NCBI GenBank assembly: GCA_964636275.1
Contig: CAZWRN010000001.1
Location: 107,724-171,723 of the forward strand
DNA: 64,000 nucleotides
Source: an uncultured Gammaproteobacteria bacterium
GTDB lineage: Bacteria; Patescibacteriota; Microgenomatia; Daviesbacterales; UBA10151
Direction: 5' to 3'
Positions 29,630 to 38,568 of the stretch are shown here, piece after piece (within the stretch, counting starts at the first letter, position 1; each line of letters begins with the position of its first letter). The notes beneath the pieces were generated by a model. It made no database searches, was not told the DNA's origin, and was given only the letters and a program-made list of their open reading frames with translations. The translations under genes were made by a program, and so were the position numbers.

Positions 29630-30674
29630 TGGTGTATTTTCCTTTGATTTTGTCGTAGGCGATAGTCCAAACAGAGGCTTTAAAAGCCTGAACAACAGCT
29701 CCAAGTATGACCATGATTGGAATTAAAATAGCTGTAGCAGCCACTGCTAGACCGATCAGCACGGGAGAGATCTCTTTGGTCATAAAGTACCCAATAAAGC
29801 TAGGAGCAATGGCGGCTATTAAAAGGAATACTGGTACCATGGTTACTATGATTGCAGCAAAGGTATTAACAATTCCTAATATCAAAGAGGCGCCCTTTTT
29901 CTTTTTAGCGATCTTAAATCCATTCCAAAAAGCTTGTTTGGCACTTAGATCAGAGATAGCAACTTCGCGATACCCCCAAATAATGCCTACTGAGATCAAT
30001 AAAGCGTAGTAAAGTAGTGGAATGAGTCCAAGAATCCCCAGAACCAATACAATCCCTTTAACTGTGAAATTACCTAAAATCATACCTAATGTAAATAAAA
30101 ATCCATAGATAAAAGCTATGGTAAAAACAATTAACCAAGGAATAATATCTAACCAGATAAAAGACTTAATATGTTTAAAACCAGATTCTGAAGCTTCTGC
30201 GATGGTGGTTTTACTGTGTTTGTAGGCGCTATAAACGCTTTCAATCAAGGAAGCGTGAGCCCAGGCTCGGTAAATGACACTAATCAGAATGCCCACTACA
30301 ATCAGAAATAAAATTTCTCCAGCTAGGATCATGTAATAATGTTTGGGGATTCGATTGAGTATTTCTATCCCCAGTAGCTGAAAAGGACCAATCGAATCTC
30401 CTAGTACCTGAGCCATTTCAGCACTTGAAGAAGCTTCTGGTATTCCTTGGTTGAATAGTTTTTGCAGGCTTTCTGAGTCTCCGCTGGATGATGAGTTGAA
30501 ATTGGAAGAACCAGCAGCGGTGGCTGCGACTGCTGCGCCAAAAATCCAGGTTACTTTATGATTTTTAATGATTTGCCAGGATTTTGAGTAGAGGTCAGAG
30601 ATTTCCCAGTCTTTTTGCGATGGTTTTTCGTCTACTAAGTGAAAATCAGTTTTTTCTTCTTTATCGTCAGACAT
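29619..30674 (-). CDS. polytopic membrane protein (unknown family)
   Basis: About 7 TM helices; acidic cytoplasmic N-terminus; no family motif recognised. Confidence 0.45.
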   Translation of the reverse strand: MSDDKEEKTDFHLVDEKPSQKDWEISDLYSKSWQIIKNHKVTWIFGAAVAATAAGSSNFNSSSSGDSESLQKLFNQGIPEASSSAEMAQVLGDSIGPFQLLGIEILNRIPKHYYMILAGEILFLIVVGILISVIYRAWAHASLIESVYSAYKHSKTTIAEASESGFKHIKSFIWLDIIPWLIVFTIAFIYGFLFTLGMILGNFTVKGIVLVLGILGLIPLLYYALLISVGIIWGYREVAISDLSAKQAFWNGFKIAKKKKGASLILGIVNTFAAIIVTMVPVFLLIAAIAPSFIGYFMTKEISPVLIGLAVAATAILIPIMVILGAVVQAFKASVWTIAYDKIKGKYTNES

Positions 30675-30676
30675 TT

Positions 30677-30776
30677 AATAATAATTTACCAAGAAACAAA
30701 TTCTAAGATACAAACAAAAAAAATTAATTAATTTTCAAATTTTTGGATGACTTGTTGCTTGTATCTTGATCATTAA
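30677..30776. repeat. palindromic intergenic element, copy between divergent membrane-protein and RDD genes
   Basis: Left arm TAATAATAATTTACCAAGAAACAAATTCTAAGATACAAACAA; right arm CTTGTTGCTTGTATCTTGATCATTAA. Confidence 0.55.
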
Positions 30777-30839
30777 CTTAAATGTAGCTGATGATTTGAT
30801 CTGTTGACAAGTAAGCAGTTTTTTGGTCAACTTAGATTA

Positions 30840-31766
30840 ATGCCTAATACTTCTGGGGGTTGGTACAAAGCCACAATCTTACGACGTTTCTTCGCTGTTT
30901 TTATTGATGGTGTCATTATTTCTATTGCTGCTGGTTTATTGACTAGTATCGTTCCACAGGATGCAACGTATCAATCTGGATTCCAATCAGTTATTTCGTT
31001 GCTGGGGTGGTTGTATGCGGTACTTTTTATCTGGCTTAAAGGGGCTACTTTAGGAAAGATGGCGATGGGTATTCAGGTAGTTAAAACCGACGGACGAAAG
31101 CTCAATTTATGGGAGGCTTTTTTACGGGAGGTAATTGGTAAATTTATTTCAGCTATAGTTTTTATGCTGGGATATTTGTGGGTACTTTGGGATAAAAATC
31201 GTCAGGCCTGGCATGATCATATTGCGGGTACCTATGTGGTTACTAAAATCCCGAATGATGGGAAAAATCCTGGTTGTTTGGTGATGCTGATCATTGGAGC
31301 CGTTGCTTTTGTTCCTATTGTAGCTATTTTAGCTGCAGTAGCAGTGCTTGCTATTAATCCCCTAGAACTCACCAGACAGTCTCGTGATGCAGCTCGATTG
31401 AGTGATGGGGCTATCTTGGCTAAAGTAATTAATGAAGAACACATGCAAAATCAAACTGATTTTTGTTCTGGTGCTGCTTCATGCACGGGTAAGTCTAATC
31501 AGGATTCAGCGGTTTTGGACGGAACCGGCTGGGTGAAGATGGTGATACCTGTTTCAGCTATTCCAGATCCTATGAATAAAGGACCAATGCTCCCTATAGA
31601 TCCGATAAATGATGCCACCTATTTTTATACTTATTGTTCAGATGGACAAAATTGGGAGATCGATTTTCAGCTCGAATCAGAGAAATATAAATCCAAAATG
31701 CTTGAGGATGGTGGAGATAGTGATATTTATTATGAAGTCGGTTCGGATATGACCTTGTGTAAATAA
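30840..31766 (+). CDS. RDD-family membrane protein with Cys-containing extracellular C-terminal domain
   Basis: 'RRFFAVFIDGVIISIAAGLL...NRQAWHDHIAGTYVV' RDD domain; ATG 30840 preferred over upstream TTG. Confidence 0.6.
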   Translation: MPNTSGGWYKATILRRFFAVFIDGVIISIAAGLLTSIVPQDATYQSGFQSVISLLGWLYAVLFIWLKGATLGKMAMGIQVVKTDGRKLNLWEAFLREVIGKFISAIVFMLGYLWVLWDKNRQAWHDHIAGTYVVTKIPNDGKNPGCLVMLIIGAVAFVPIVAILAAVAVLAINPLELTRQSRDAARLSDGAILAKVINEEHMQNQTDFCSGAASCTGKSNQDSAVLDGTGWVKMVIPVSAIPDPMNKGPMLPIDPINDATYFYTYCSDGQNWEIDFQLESEKYKSKMLEDGGDSDIYYEVGSDMTLCK

Positions 31767-31846
31767 TCCTAGTTTCTTCGTTCTTCACAACTTGACTTTT
31801 TGAGGCTGACGGGCTAGAATGATCTTAACTTAACCTCTTAGAGATT

Positions 31847-31875
31847 GGGTGGACCTGAGGTCCGCCCCTTTTTTT
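31847..31875 (+). terminator. intrinsic terminator downstream of the RDD gene
   Basis: GGGTGGACC-TGAG-GTCCGCCC (one G-U wobble) followed by CTTTTTTT. Confidence 0.6.
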
Positions 31876-31964
31876 AAGAAAGGAAAAAGAAAGTATAAAG
31901 TACAAATTATAAAGGATAAAACCAGTTTTATAATTTATCGTTTATACTTCATAATTTAAATACT

Positions 31965-33368
31965 ATGGCTACACAAGCACGAACTGAATTTGCAGCTGCA
32001 ATCAATCAAATAGCTTCCGAAAAGGGAGTTGAGCCTTCTGTGATCATTGATGCGATCAAACAAGCTGCTTTAGCTGCTTACCGCAAAGATCTGTCTTTCC
32101 GCAATGAACCGGTACCCGAAGATTTAGAGGAGCTGGAAGTTCGTTTAGACGGCGCAACTGGTGAGATCTCTATCTATCGTGGTGAAGAAAATATTACTCC
32201 TCCGGGTTTTGCCCGAATTGCGGCTCAAACAGCTAAGCAGGTTATTACCCAAAAACTGCATGAAGCTGAAAAAGGGGCAATTGTAGATGAATATGAGCAA
32301 AAAGTTGGCACCGTGATCTCGGGAAATGTTCAAAGACAAGAAGGAAATACTTATTTTGTTGATTTGGGCCGGGCTGAAGGTGTTTTGCCTCCATCTGAAC
32401 AGGTTCGAGGTGAATACTACGGCCAGAATCAGCGGATGAAATTTTTCATCAAAGAGATCCGTGAGACCAACCGAGGCCCTGAAGTGGTAGTTTCCCGAGC
32501 TGATGCTGGTTTGGTTAAAGGGCTGTTTGCTTTGGAAGTTCCCGAGATCCAGTCTAATGCCGTTGAGATCAGGGAAATTGCTCGTGAAGCTGGGGGACGT
32601 TGCAAAGTAGCAGTAGCTTCTAGTCAGGATGGGATTGATCCAGTCGGTTCATTGGTTGGTCAAAAAGGTGTCCGGGTACAGGCTGTTATCAATGAATTGG
32701 GTGAGGAAAAAATTGATATTATTTTACACTCTGGTGATCCAGCCAGGTTTATAGCTGCTGCTTTATCTCCAGCTAAAGATGTTGAAGTTGAGCTCAATGA
32801 AGAAGAAAAAACTGCTAAAGTCAAAGTTTCTGACAATCAGCTGTCTTTGGCGATCGGTAAAGGTGGTCAAAATGTCCGATTGGCTGCTAAACTGACTGGT
32901 TGGAAGATTGATATTGAAGGTACCGGTATGAATTCAGATGGTACAACTCCAGAACCTCGAGAAAATGCAGAAGAGAAAAAGTCCGAAGAGGTAAAAGCTG
33001 ATGAGGAAGTGAAAGGTGAAACTCCTTCTGAGGCTGTTGAGCATGTAGAAGAGGCTATTGATGGAGCAACTAAAGAAGAAAGTGTTGATGGAGCTACCCA
33101 GGAAGAGCCGACTTCTGAAGAAGCAGGCGAAGCTGTAGCTGATGCTGAAGCAGATATGGCTGCAGATCCGGAAATGAATGACAAATCTGAAGGTGATTTG
33201 ATGGCTTCAGGTGAACAGTCAGATACCGGTGTTTCTGAGTCCGCTGGAGATGGTTCGACAAGCTCACCACAAGATGTTGCTGTCACTGATGAAAGTGAAT
33301 TTGATAAAATAGAAGAAGAGAGAAATGCAAAAGAAGCAGAAGCCAAGGCTGATACTGAAGAGAAATAG
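31965..33368 (+). CDS. nusA: transcription termination/antitermination factor NusA with about 150-aa acidic C-terminal tail
   Basis: NusA NTD, S1 ('GNVQRQEGNTYFVDLG'), two KH domains ('GQNVRLAAKLTGWKIDI'); long D/E-rich tail. Confidence 0.9.
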   Translation: MATQARTEFAAAINQIASEKGVEPSVIIDAIKQAALAAYRKDLSFRNEPVPEDLEELEVRLDGATGEISIYRGEENITPPGFARIAAQTAKQVITQKLHEAEKGAIVDEYEQKVGTVISGNVQRQEGNTYFVDLGRAEGVLPPSEQVRGEYYGQNQRMKFFIKEIRETNRGPEVVVSRADAGLVKGLFALEVPEIQSNAVEIREIAREAGGRCKVAVASSQDGIDPVGSLVGQKGVRVQAVINELGEEKIDIILHSGDPARFIAAALSPAKDVEVELNEEEKTAKVKVSDNQLSLAIGKGGQNVRLAAKLTGWKIDIEGTGMNSDGTTPEPRENAEEKKSEEVKADEEVKGETPSEAVEHVEEAIDGATKEESVDGATQEEPTSEEAGEAVADAEADMAADPEMNDKSEGDLMASGEQSDTGVSESAGDGSTSSPQDVAVTDESEFDKIEEERNAKEAEAKADTEEK

Positions 33369-33419
33369 TTTTATGTTTAAAAAGTAATCAAACATTTTTA
33401 AAATAAACCTCTCCAGTAC

Positions 33420-33441
33420 CCGCCGTTCAGGCGGTTTTTTA
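33420..33441 (+). terminator. intrinsic terminator between nusA and the four-helix-bundle gene
   Basis: CCGCC-GTTCA-GGCGG followed by TTTTTTATT. Confidence 0.6.
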
Positions 33442-33480
33442 TTATTAGGGAATAGAGATTAGTAATTAGGGATTAGTTAG

Positions 33481-33894
33481 ATGGAAGAGCAGAGATTTGA
33501 GAGTTATAAAAAATTAATAGTTTGGCAGAAATCAATCTATTTAGTTGAGCTTATTTATGGTTTAACTAGTGATTTTCCTAAAAACGAATTGTTTGGTTTA
33601 ATTTCTCAAATAAAAAGGTGTTCAATTTCGATACCATCAAATATTGCTGAAGGTTTTGGAAGAAGATCACAAAAAGAATATTTGCAGTTTTATTCTATTG
33701 CTTATGGTTCAGCTTTGGAATTGGAAACACAAATTTTAATTGCTAAGAAGCTTGGCTTTGGAAGTTTAAATAGTTACCAAAAGATTGAAAATTTACTAAC
33801 TGAAATAATAAAAATTTTATACGTTATGATTTATAAGAATAACAGTGGTTTTAAAGTGACAAGTATCAAAACTAATTACTATGGAAATATCTAG
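33481..33894 (+). CDS. four-helix-bundle protein (TIGR02436-like; '23S rRNA intervening sequence protein' family)
   Basis: 'LIVWQKSIYLVELIYGLTSDFPKNELFGLISQIKRCSISIPSNIAEGFGRRSQKEYLQFYSIAYGSALELETQ' matches this family. Confidence 0.7.
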   Translation: MEEQRFESYKKLIVWQKSIYLVELIYGLTSDFPKNELFGLISQIKRCSISIPSNIAEGFGRRSQKEYLQFYSIAYGSALELETQILIAKKLGFGSLNSYQKIENLLTEIIKILYVMIYKNNSGFKVTSIKTNYYGNI

Positions 33895-35332
33895 ACCACC
33901 AATTGTTACTATTTTAGGCCATGTTGATCATGGAAAGACCACTTTACTGGATTATATCCGGAAAGCTTCAGTTGCTGCCAAAGAGCATGGAGGTATTACC
34001 CAGGCTATCGGTGCTTACCAGGTGACTCACGATGGCAAATTAATCACTTTTATTGATACTCCCGGGCATGCTGCCTTTGAAAAAATGCGGTCTCGGGGTG
34101 CTCAGGTAGCAGATATAGCTGTTTTGGTCGTGGCTATTGATGATGGAATTATGCCTCAGACAGTGGAGGCTATCAAACATATCAAAAAAGCCGGTGTAGC
34201 GATGGTTGTAGCTGTGAATAAGATCGATATTCCGGGAATCAATAAAGTTGCCCAAATGGAAAAGCTGAAAAAGCAGCTGTCAGATCATGAGGTTTTGATC
34301 GAAGAATACGGCGGAGATGTGCCGATCGTCCAACTTTCAGCTAAAAGTGGCGAAGGAGTAGACAAACTATTAGAGATTATTCAGCTGGTATCTGAAGTAA
34401 ATGAGTTTAAAGGTGATCCTACTTTGCCTGCAACTGGGGTAGTGATTGAATCCAATATTGATAAGTTTAAAGGGCCTATCGCTACAGTAATCATTCGCAA
34501 TGGTACTTTAAAGAAAAATCAGACCGTTAAAATTGCTGGAGCAAGCAGTAAGATTCGGACTTTAGTAAATTATCTGGGTAAGCAGCTGGACGAAGCTGGG
34601 CCGTCAACTCCGGTTGAGATTTTAGGTTTGGAGGTTGTTCCTCCAGTTGGAGGAGTGATGGGTGATGAATCAGCTGCTATGGAGGCTAAACAAGGTCAAA
34701 TTCAGTCACTATTGGAGAAATTAAAATCCAAAGATAAGGCAGTTCTGAATGTTGTGGTCAAAGCTGATAAACAGGGCTCTTTGGAAGCTATTGAAGGGGC
34801 TCTGGAGGCTTTTAATGATGAACGGGAAGTGGTGAAAGTGATTGATAAAGCGACTGGTGATATTACTGACAAGGATATCAGTCTGGCTGCTTCTACCGGT
34901 GCTATTGTGATTGGTTTTGGAGTTAAAGTGGTGCCAAGTGCCAATAAAATTGCTGAAGTAGAGGGGGTTTTGGTCAGGACTTATACAATTATTTATGAAT
35001 TGATTGAAGAGCTAGAAGATGTTGTCGAAGGAATGCTCAAAGTGGGGGCTTTGGAAGAGATCTTTGGTACAGCACAAATTATTGCTGAATTCCCATTTGG
35101 AAAGACGGAGAAAATTGCTGGATGTAAGGTATTGGACGGTCAGATCACAAAAGGGCCTAAAGTTAAAGTAGTACGTGGTGAGGAGGTCATCGGTGAAGGC
35201 AAAATCAAATCTTTGAAAAAAGTTCGTGACGAGGTCACCAGAGTCGAAAAAGGCGATGAATGCGGCATAATGTTTGATTCACCCATTGAGTTTCTCCCAG
35301 GAGATCTGATTCAATCATTTAGAACACTTTAA
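33881..35332 (+). CDS. infB: translation initiation factor IF-2 (minimal, G-domain onward)
   Basis: Starts directly at G1 motif 'RPPIVTILGHVDHGKTTLLD', 'DTPGHAAF', 'NKID'; IF-2 domains II-IV follow. Only 483 aa. Confidence 0.9.
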   Translation: MEISRPPIVTILGHVDHGKTTLLDYIRKASVAAKEHGGITQAIGAYQVTHDGKLITFIDTPGHAAFEKMRSRGAQVADIAVLVVAIDDGIMPQTVEAIKHIKKAGVAMVVAVNKIDIPGINKVAQMEKLKKQLSDHEVLIEEYGGDVPIVQLSAKSGEGVDKLLEIIQLVSEVNEFKGDPTLPATGVVIESNIDKFKGPIATVIIRNGTLKKNQTVKIAGASSKIRTLVNYLGKQLDEAGPSTPVEILGLEVVPPVGGVMGDESAAMEAKQGQIQSLLEKLKSKDKAVLNVVVKADKQGSLEAIEGALEAFNDEREVVKVIDKATGDITDKDISLAASTGAIVIGFGVKVVPSANKIAEVEGVLVRTYTIIYELIEELEDVVEGMLKVGALEEIFGTAQIIAEFPFGKTEKIAGCKVLDGQITKGPKVKVVRGEEVIGEGKIKSLKKVRDEVTRVEKGDECGIMFDSPIEFLPGDLIQSFRTL

Positions 35333-35366
35333 TATTATCCTATAATTTGTTTTTTAGCCTCAGAGA

Positions 35367-35375
35367 TGGTATAAT
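35367..35375 (+). promoter_or_regulatory. extended -10 promoter (TGgTATAAT) upstream of the DHH-like gene
   Basis: TGnTATAAT match 85 nt upstream of ATG 35460, immediately before a palindromic intergenic element. Confidence 0.35.
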
Positions 35376-35382
35376 AGTAAGT

Positions 35383-35454
35383 AATTGATCAAGTATCCAA
35401 GACACAAGTATCCAAAAAGGTTTGTATCTTGGAATTTGTTTCTTGATTATTAAT
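35383..35454. repeat. palindromic intergenic element (short-spacer copy) immediately 5' of the DHH-like gene
   Basis: TAATTGATCAAGTATCCAAGACACAAGTATCCAAAAAGG / TTTGTATCTTGGAATTTGTTTCTTGATTATTAAT; ATG 6 nt after the right arm. Confidence 0.6.
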
Positions 35455-35459
35455 ATAAA

Positions 35460-37142
35460 ATGGCTGATTATTCAAACCTTTTAGGTGATTTTCCCTCTAA
35501 ACTTGCTTCAAGTAAGCGTATTTTGCTGGCTCTTTCCAAAGATTTGAGCGTAGATTCGTTGGGTTCAGCATTAGCAATGGCTTTAGCTTTGCAAAAGGCT
35601 GGTAAGACGGTATCAGTGGTGAGTGAAGGGACTCCATTGGTCTCACATTCTAATTTATTTGGAATTGGTGAGGTGAAAAATAGTGTCCCTACTTCTGGTG
35701 AAGGTAACTTTGTAATAAAACTGGATGGGGTAGTAGACCCCTCAGGTCAGATGAATACTGTGCCAGCTTTGGAAAAACTTGATTGGAACCCAGAGGGATC
35801 AGCTTTAAACTTAGTTTTCCATGTTGTACCAGGCCAGAGATTTGAGCCGACAAATGTGTCTTATGGCCATGAAACAAGTGGTTTTGACCTGATTATTACA
35901 ATCGATGCTGATTCTTTGGACGAATTAGGCCAGATTTATCTGAAAAATGCTGCACTTTTTAGTAAATCGACGATTGTAAATATTGACAATGAAGCTTCAA
36001 ATAGCCAGTTTGGCAATATCAATATCGTTGATCCGCAGGCTTCCTCTTTGTCTGAAATGACTGTTCATATCCTCAAGCAACTCAATCTTGAGATGGATCA
36101 AGATATCGCTTCCAACCTAGTTGCTGGTATCTATGCTGCAACCCACAATTTGACTCAGCGAGTGAGTCCGGATACTTTCGCGGCCGTTGCTACTGCAATG
36201 CAGTCGGGTGGTAAATTGCCAGAAGGGGGAGTTGTTAGTCAGCAACCAGCTGTCAGCAATCAGCCTTCAGCAAACTCAGCTCCGCAGGAACCTGCAGTAG
36301 AAGCCCAACCAATTGTTCAGGCCCCGATTGCTCAGGAAATCAATCAGATTCAGTTTAATAACCTGCCTTCAGCTGTCAGCGATCAGCCTTCAGCAACTCC
36401 AGCTCCGCAGGTTGTAGAGCCACCAGTAGCTGTTGCTCCTCAGCCAGCTATAAATCCAGAGCCAGTTCAAACACCTGTTCAGCCAGCTGTAGAAGCTCCG
36501 GCAAATGATCTGTATAGTAATCCTTTCCTAAACCCAGGTGGTCAGTCTTTTGGTGCTCCATTAAATCAGCCTCCAGCTGTCAGCGATCAGCCATCAGCAA
36601 CTCCAGCTCCGCAGGTACCAGCTGCTGCATCAGCGAGTGATCCGTTTGGGGCTCCAGCTAGTGGACCAACTTTCAATTTTGGTTCATTTGGAGATAGTCA
36701 GCTATCAGCTGTCAGCAATCAGCCTTCAGCAAACTCAGCTCCGCAGGTGCCAGTAGCTGCTCAACCAGTTCCTGTTCAGGAAGAAAAAGTCGATGTTAGT
36801 GGTCTTTTAAATACTATTCAGCAGGCCAATAAACCAGATAGTGCCTATGATTTAAAACAGATATTTAATGTTGAACAGATGCCAGAAACTCCAGTGGTAG
36901 GAAATACGACGCATGATTCAGCAGTGGTTCAGCCATCAGCTGTCAGCGATCAGCCATCAGCCATCCCAACTCCGCAGACTCCAGTAGATCAAACACAACC
37001 TGTTCAGGATAGTAAACCAGAGTCTTCACCGGAAGAAAAACCAGCTGGTGAAGCAGTTGATTCAGTAAATACAGAAGCGGAAGCCAATCCAACCCCAGAT
37101 TGGTTAGTCCCCAAAATATTCAAAGGCGGATCTTTAGGATAA
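35460..37142 (+). CDS. DHH-family (NrnA-like) phosphoesterase homolog with degenerate catalytic motifs fused to a Q/P/S-rich repeat tail
   Basis: N-terminal about 240 aa resembles the DHH domain, but motif I is 'DLSVDSLGS' (for H.nPDGD.lGS) and motif III is 'DAD' (for DHH). The C-terminal 300 aa has 5-6 copies of '(Q)PSAVSDQPSA(T/N)(P/S)APQ'. Confidence 0.5.
   Translation: MADYSNLLGDFPSKLASSKRILLALSKDLSVDSLGSALAMALALQKAGKTVSVVSEGTPLVSHSNLFGIGEVKNSVPTSGEGNFVIKLDGVVDPSGQMNTVPALEKLDWNPEGSALNLVFHVVPGQRFEPTNVSYGHETSGFDLIITIDADSLDELGQIYLKNAALFSKSTIVNIDNEASNSQFGNINIVDPQASSLSEMTVHILKQLNLEMDQDIASNLVAGIYAATHNLTQRVSPDTFAAVATAMQSGGKLPEGGVVSQQPAVSNQPSANSAPQEPAVEAQPIVQAPIAQEINQIQFNNLPSAVSDQPSATPAPQVVEPPVAVAPQPAINPEPVQTPVQPAVEAPANDLYSNPFLNPGGQSFGAPLNQPPAVSDQPSATPAPQVPAAASASDPFGAPASGPTFNFGSFGDSQLSAVSNQPSANSAPQVPVAAQPVPVQEEKVDVSGLLNTIQQANKPDSAYDLKQIFNVEQMPETPVVGNTTHDSAVVQPSAVSDQPSAIPTPQTPVDQTQPVQDSKPESSPEEKPAGEAVDSVNTEAEANPTPDWLVPKIFKGGSLG
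36238..36990 (+). repeat. intragenic dispersed 45-nt repeat CAGCTGTCAGCGATCAGCC(A/T)TCAGCAACTCCAGCTCCGCAGG (5 copies), encoding 'AVSDQPSATPAPQ'
   Basis: Copies at about 36250, 36366, 36576, 36708 and 36940 inside the DHH-like gene; related copies at 41935 (Lon-like gene) and 43275 (rnj). Confidence 0.7.
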
Positions 37143-37254
37143 TCTCCGCTTAATCTATAAGCTTGCAACTTTTTTCAAGATCTGTTAGAATTTGAAAGTT
37201 CGATTGGAATTACTTCTTGGTATCGAAGTTTTTCCGTAACTAAACATAAAACTG

Positions 37255-37320
37255 AATTAACAGAAAAGAAAGGAGATACCACCTAGTCACTAGACTCTAG
37301 CGACTAGTCACTAATTAGAA
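37255..37320 (+). promoter_or_regulatory. rpsO 5' leader with nested CTAG-containing palindromes (candidate S15 autoregulatory structure)
   Basis: 'CCTAGTCACTAGACTCTAGCGACTAGTCACTAATTAG' directly before the rpsO ATG, with direct and inverted TAGTCACTA repeats. Confidence 0.35.
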
Positions 37321-37590
37321 ATGCCATTAGATCCAAAAGTAAAACAACAAATAATTGATAAATTCGCTACTCACAAAGGCGATACTGGTTCTCCTGAAGT
37401 GCAGGCTGCACTTTTGACAGAGCAGATCAAAAACCTCACTGACCATTTAAAACAGCACACTCATGACGTTCACTCACGCCGAGGGTTGCTTTCTATGGTT
37501 AACAAACGACGACGACTGTTACAGTATCTTTTGAAGAAAGATCAGGACAGATATCAAGCTGTTATTTCAAAACTAGGCCTCTCTAAATAG
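37321..37590 (+). CDS. rpsO: 30S ribosomal protein S15
   Basis: '[51 protein letters not shown]' S15 signature. Confidence 0.9.
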   Translation: MPLDPKVKQQIIDKFATHKGDTGSPEVQAALLTEQIKNLTDHLKQHTHDVHSRRGLLSMVNKRRRLLQYLLKKDQDRYQAVISKLGLSK

Positions 37591-37825
37591 TTTTCATGTC
37601 TCCTGATATACACAATTCACCAAAAGACAGAATTAGACCCCCAGTGGCTGGCCATCTTTTAGAAATCTACTCAAGGCGGAGTTTTATGGATAAAATCAAT
37701 AGATTGATGTTTCGTTTGGCATTAGCAGCAGCTGTTTATGATACTACAGCGCGAGTGATTGATCCCCGATATTCCCTTAAAACTATGAGTACTCCATTTA
37801 GGAGAAGGTTTTTTCCAAATTCAAG

Positions 37826-38434
37826 ATGAGTTTTCCTATTAAAACTTTTGATAATACAGATTTTATTGCCCCTTCTTGGGAGGAAATGGGGGATGTCAAT
37901 TTTGAACTGATTAAAAAAGTTCGAGAATCAGGTAAAAAATATGACCGGGTCATCGCCCTATCTAAAGGAGGGTTAACCTGGGCACGGGCTTTTGTTGATG
38001 GTTTAGCGATGGATGAACTGAGTAGTTTGCGAATAAAGCTGTATAAAGGTATTGGTGAGAAAGCAGTGGAACCGGAAATCGTCGAGCCTTTGACGTTAGA
38101 TATCTCCGGTCAAACAGTTTTGCTCTTTGATGATGTGGTTGATACCGGGGAAACCTATGAATTTGCTAAAAAGTTGTTGGCTGAAAAGTATGGAGCCAAG
38201 CAGGTCGATACTGCAGCTTTATTTTACAAACCTCATTCAGTGATTACTCCCGACTTTTTTGTCGGAGAAACGACTGCCTGGATTGTCTTCCCTCATGAAA
38301 TACATGAATTTGTGGTTGAAACAGGGAAGAAATGGTTAAAACAAGGACTGACTGAGGGAAATATTTTAAATAGGTACAAAGAATTAGATTTGCCTTATGA
38401 ACAAGTCCACTATTATTTAAGTGAACTCAGTTAG
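37826..38434 (+). CDS. type I phosphoribosyltransferase-family protein
   Basis: PRPP-binding motif 'VLLFDDVVDTGETYEFA'. Confidence 0.65.
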   Translation: MSFPIKTFDNTDFIAPSWEEMGDVNFELIKKVRESGKKYDRVIALSKGGLTWARAFVDGLAMDELSSLRIKLYKGIGEKAVEPEIVEPLTLDISGQTVLLFDDVVDTGETYEFAKKLLAEKYGAKQVDTAALFYKPHSVITPDFFVGETTAWIVFPHEIHEFVVETGKKWLKQGLTEGNILNRYKELDLPYEQVHYYLSELS

Positions 38435-38539
38435 ATTCTGGACCACATATTCTTAGAATAATTCTTTGGAATTTTTGTAGCCAGAATGACAAATTTTTTG
38501 AAAATTTGAGCTTGAAAATTGAAAATTACTATCCTGTAG

Positions 38540-38568
38540 TTGCAAAAAGAGGATAGGTGGAGTATAAT
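38540..38568 (+). promoter_or_regulatory. near-consensus sigma-70 promoter for pnp, followed by about 210-nt structured leader
   Basis: TTGCAA, 17 nt, TATAAT. Leader 38575-38783 contains hairpins, e.g. GTTAATCTTTGGTATTAAC. Confidence 0.5.

Noticed and set aside
32867-33346. 159-aa Ser/Ala-rich ORF antisense to the nusA acidic tail. Similar antisense ORFs lie inside pcrA (5692-6198), rnj (43299-44147), ftsK (47842-49185), dnaK (24566-25402) and the 3D-domain gene (4778-5146).
   Set aside because: They are low-complexity mirror images of GA-rich or biased coding sequence on the opposite strand. Each overlaps a well-supported gene across its entire length.
36238-36990. Diversity-generating retroelement (TR/VR) explanation for the repeated 45-nt sequence.
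   Set aside because: No reverse-transcriptase ORF anywhere in the window. The repeats are in-frame peptide repeats within one gene and at the N-termini of neighbours. Differences are not adenine-specific.
37596-37829. 77-aa ORF between rpsO and the phosphoribosyltransferase gene.
   Set aside because: Arg/Pro-rich with an odd composition and no RBS. Its last 4 nt overlap the next gene's start. It may be non-coding leader; too weak to call.
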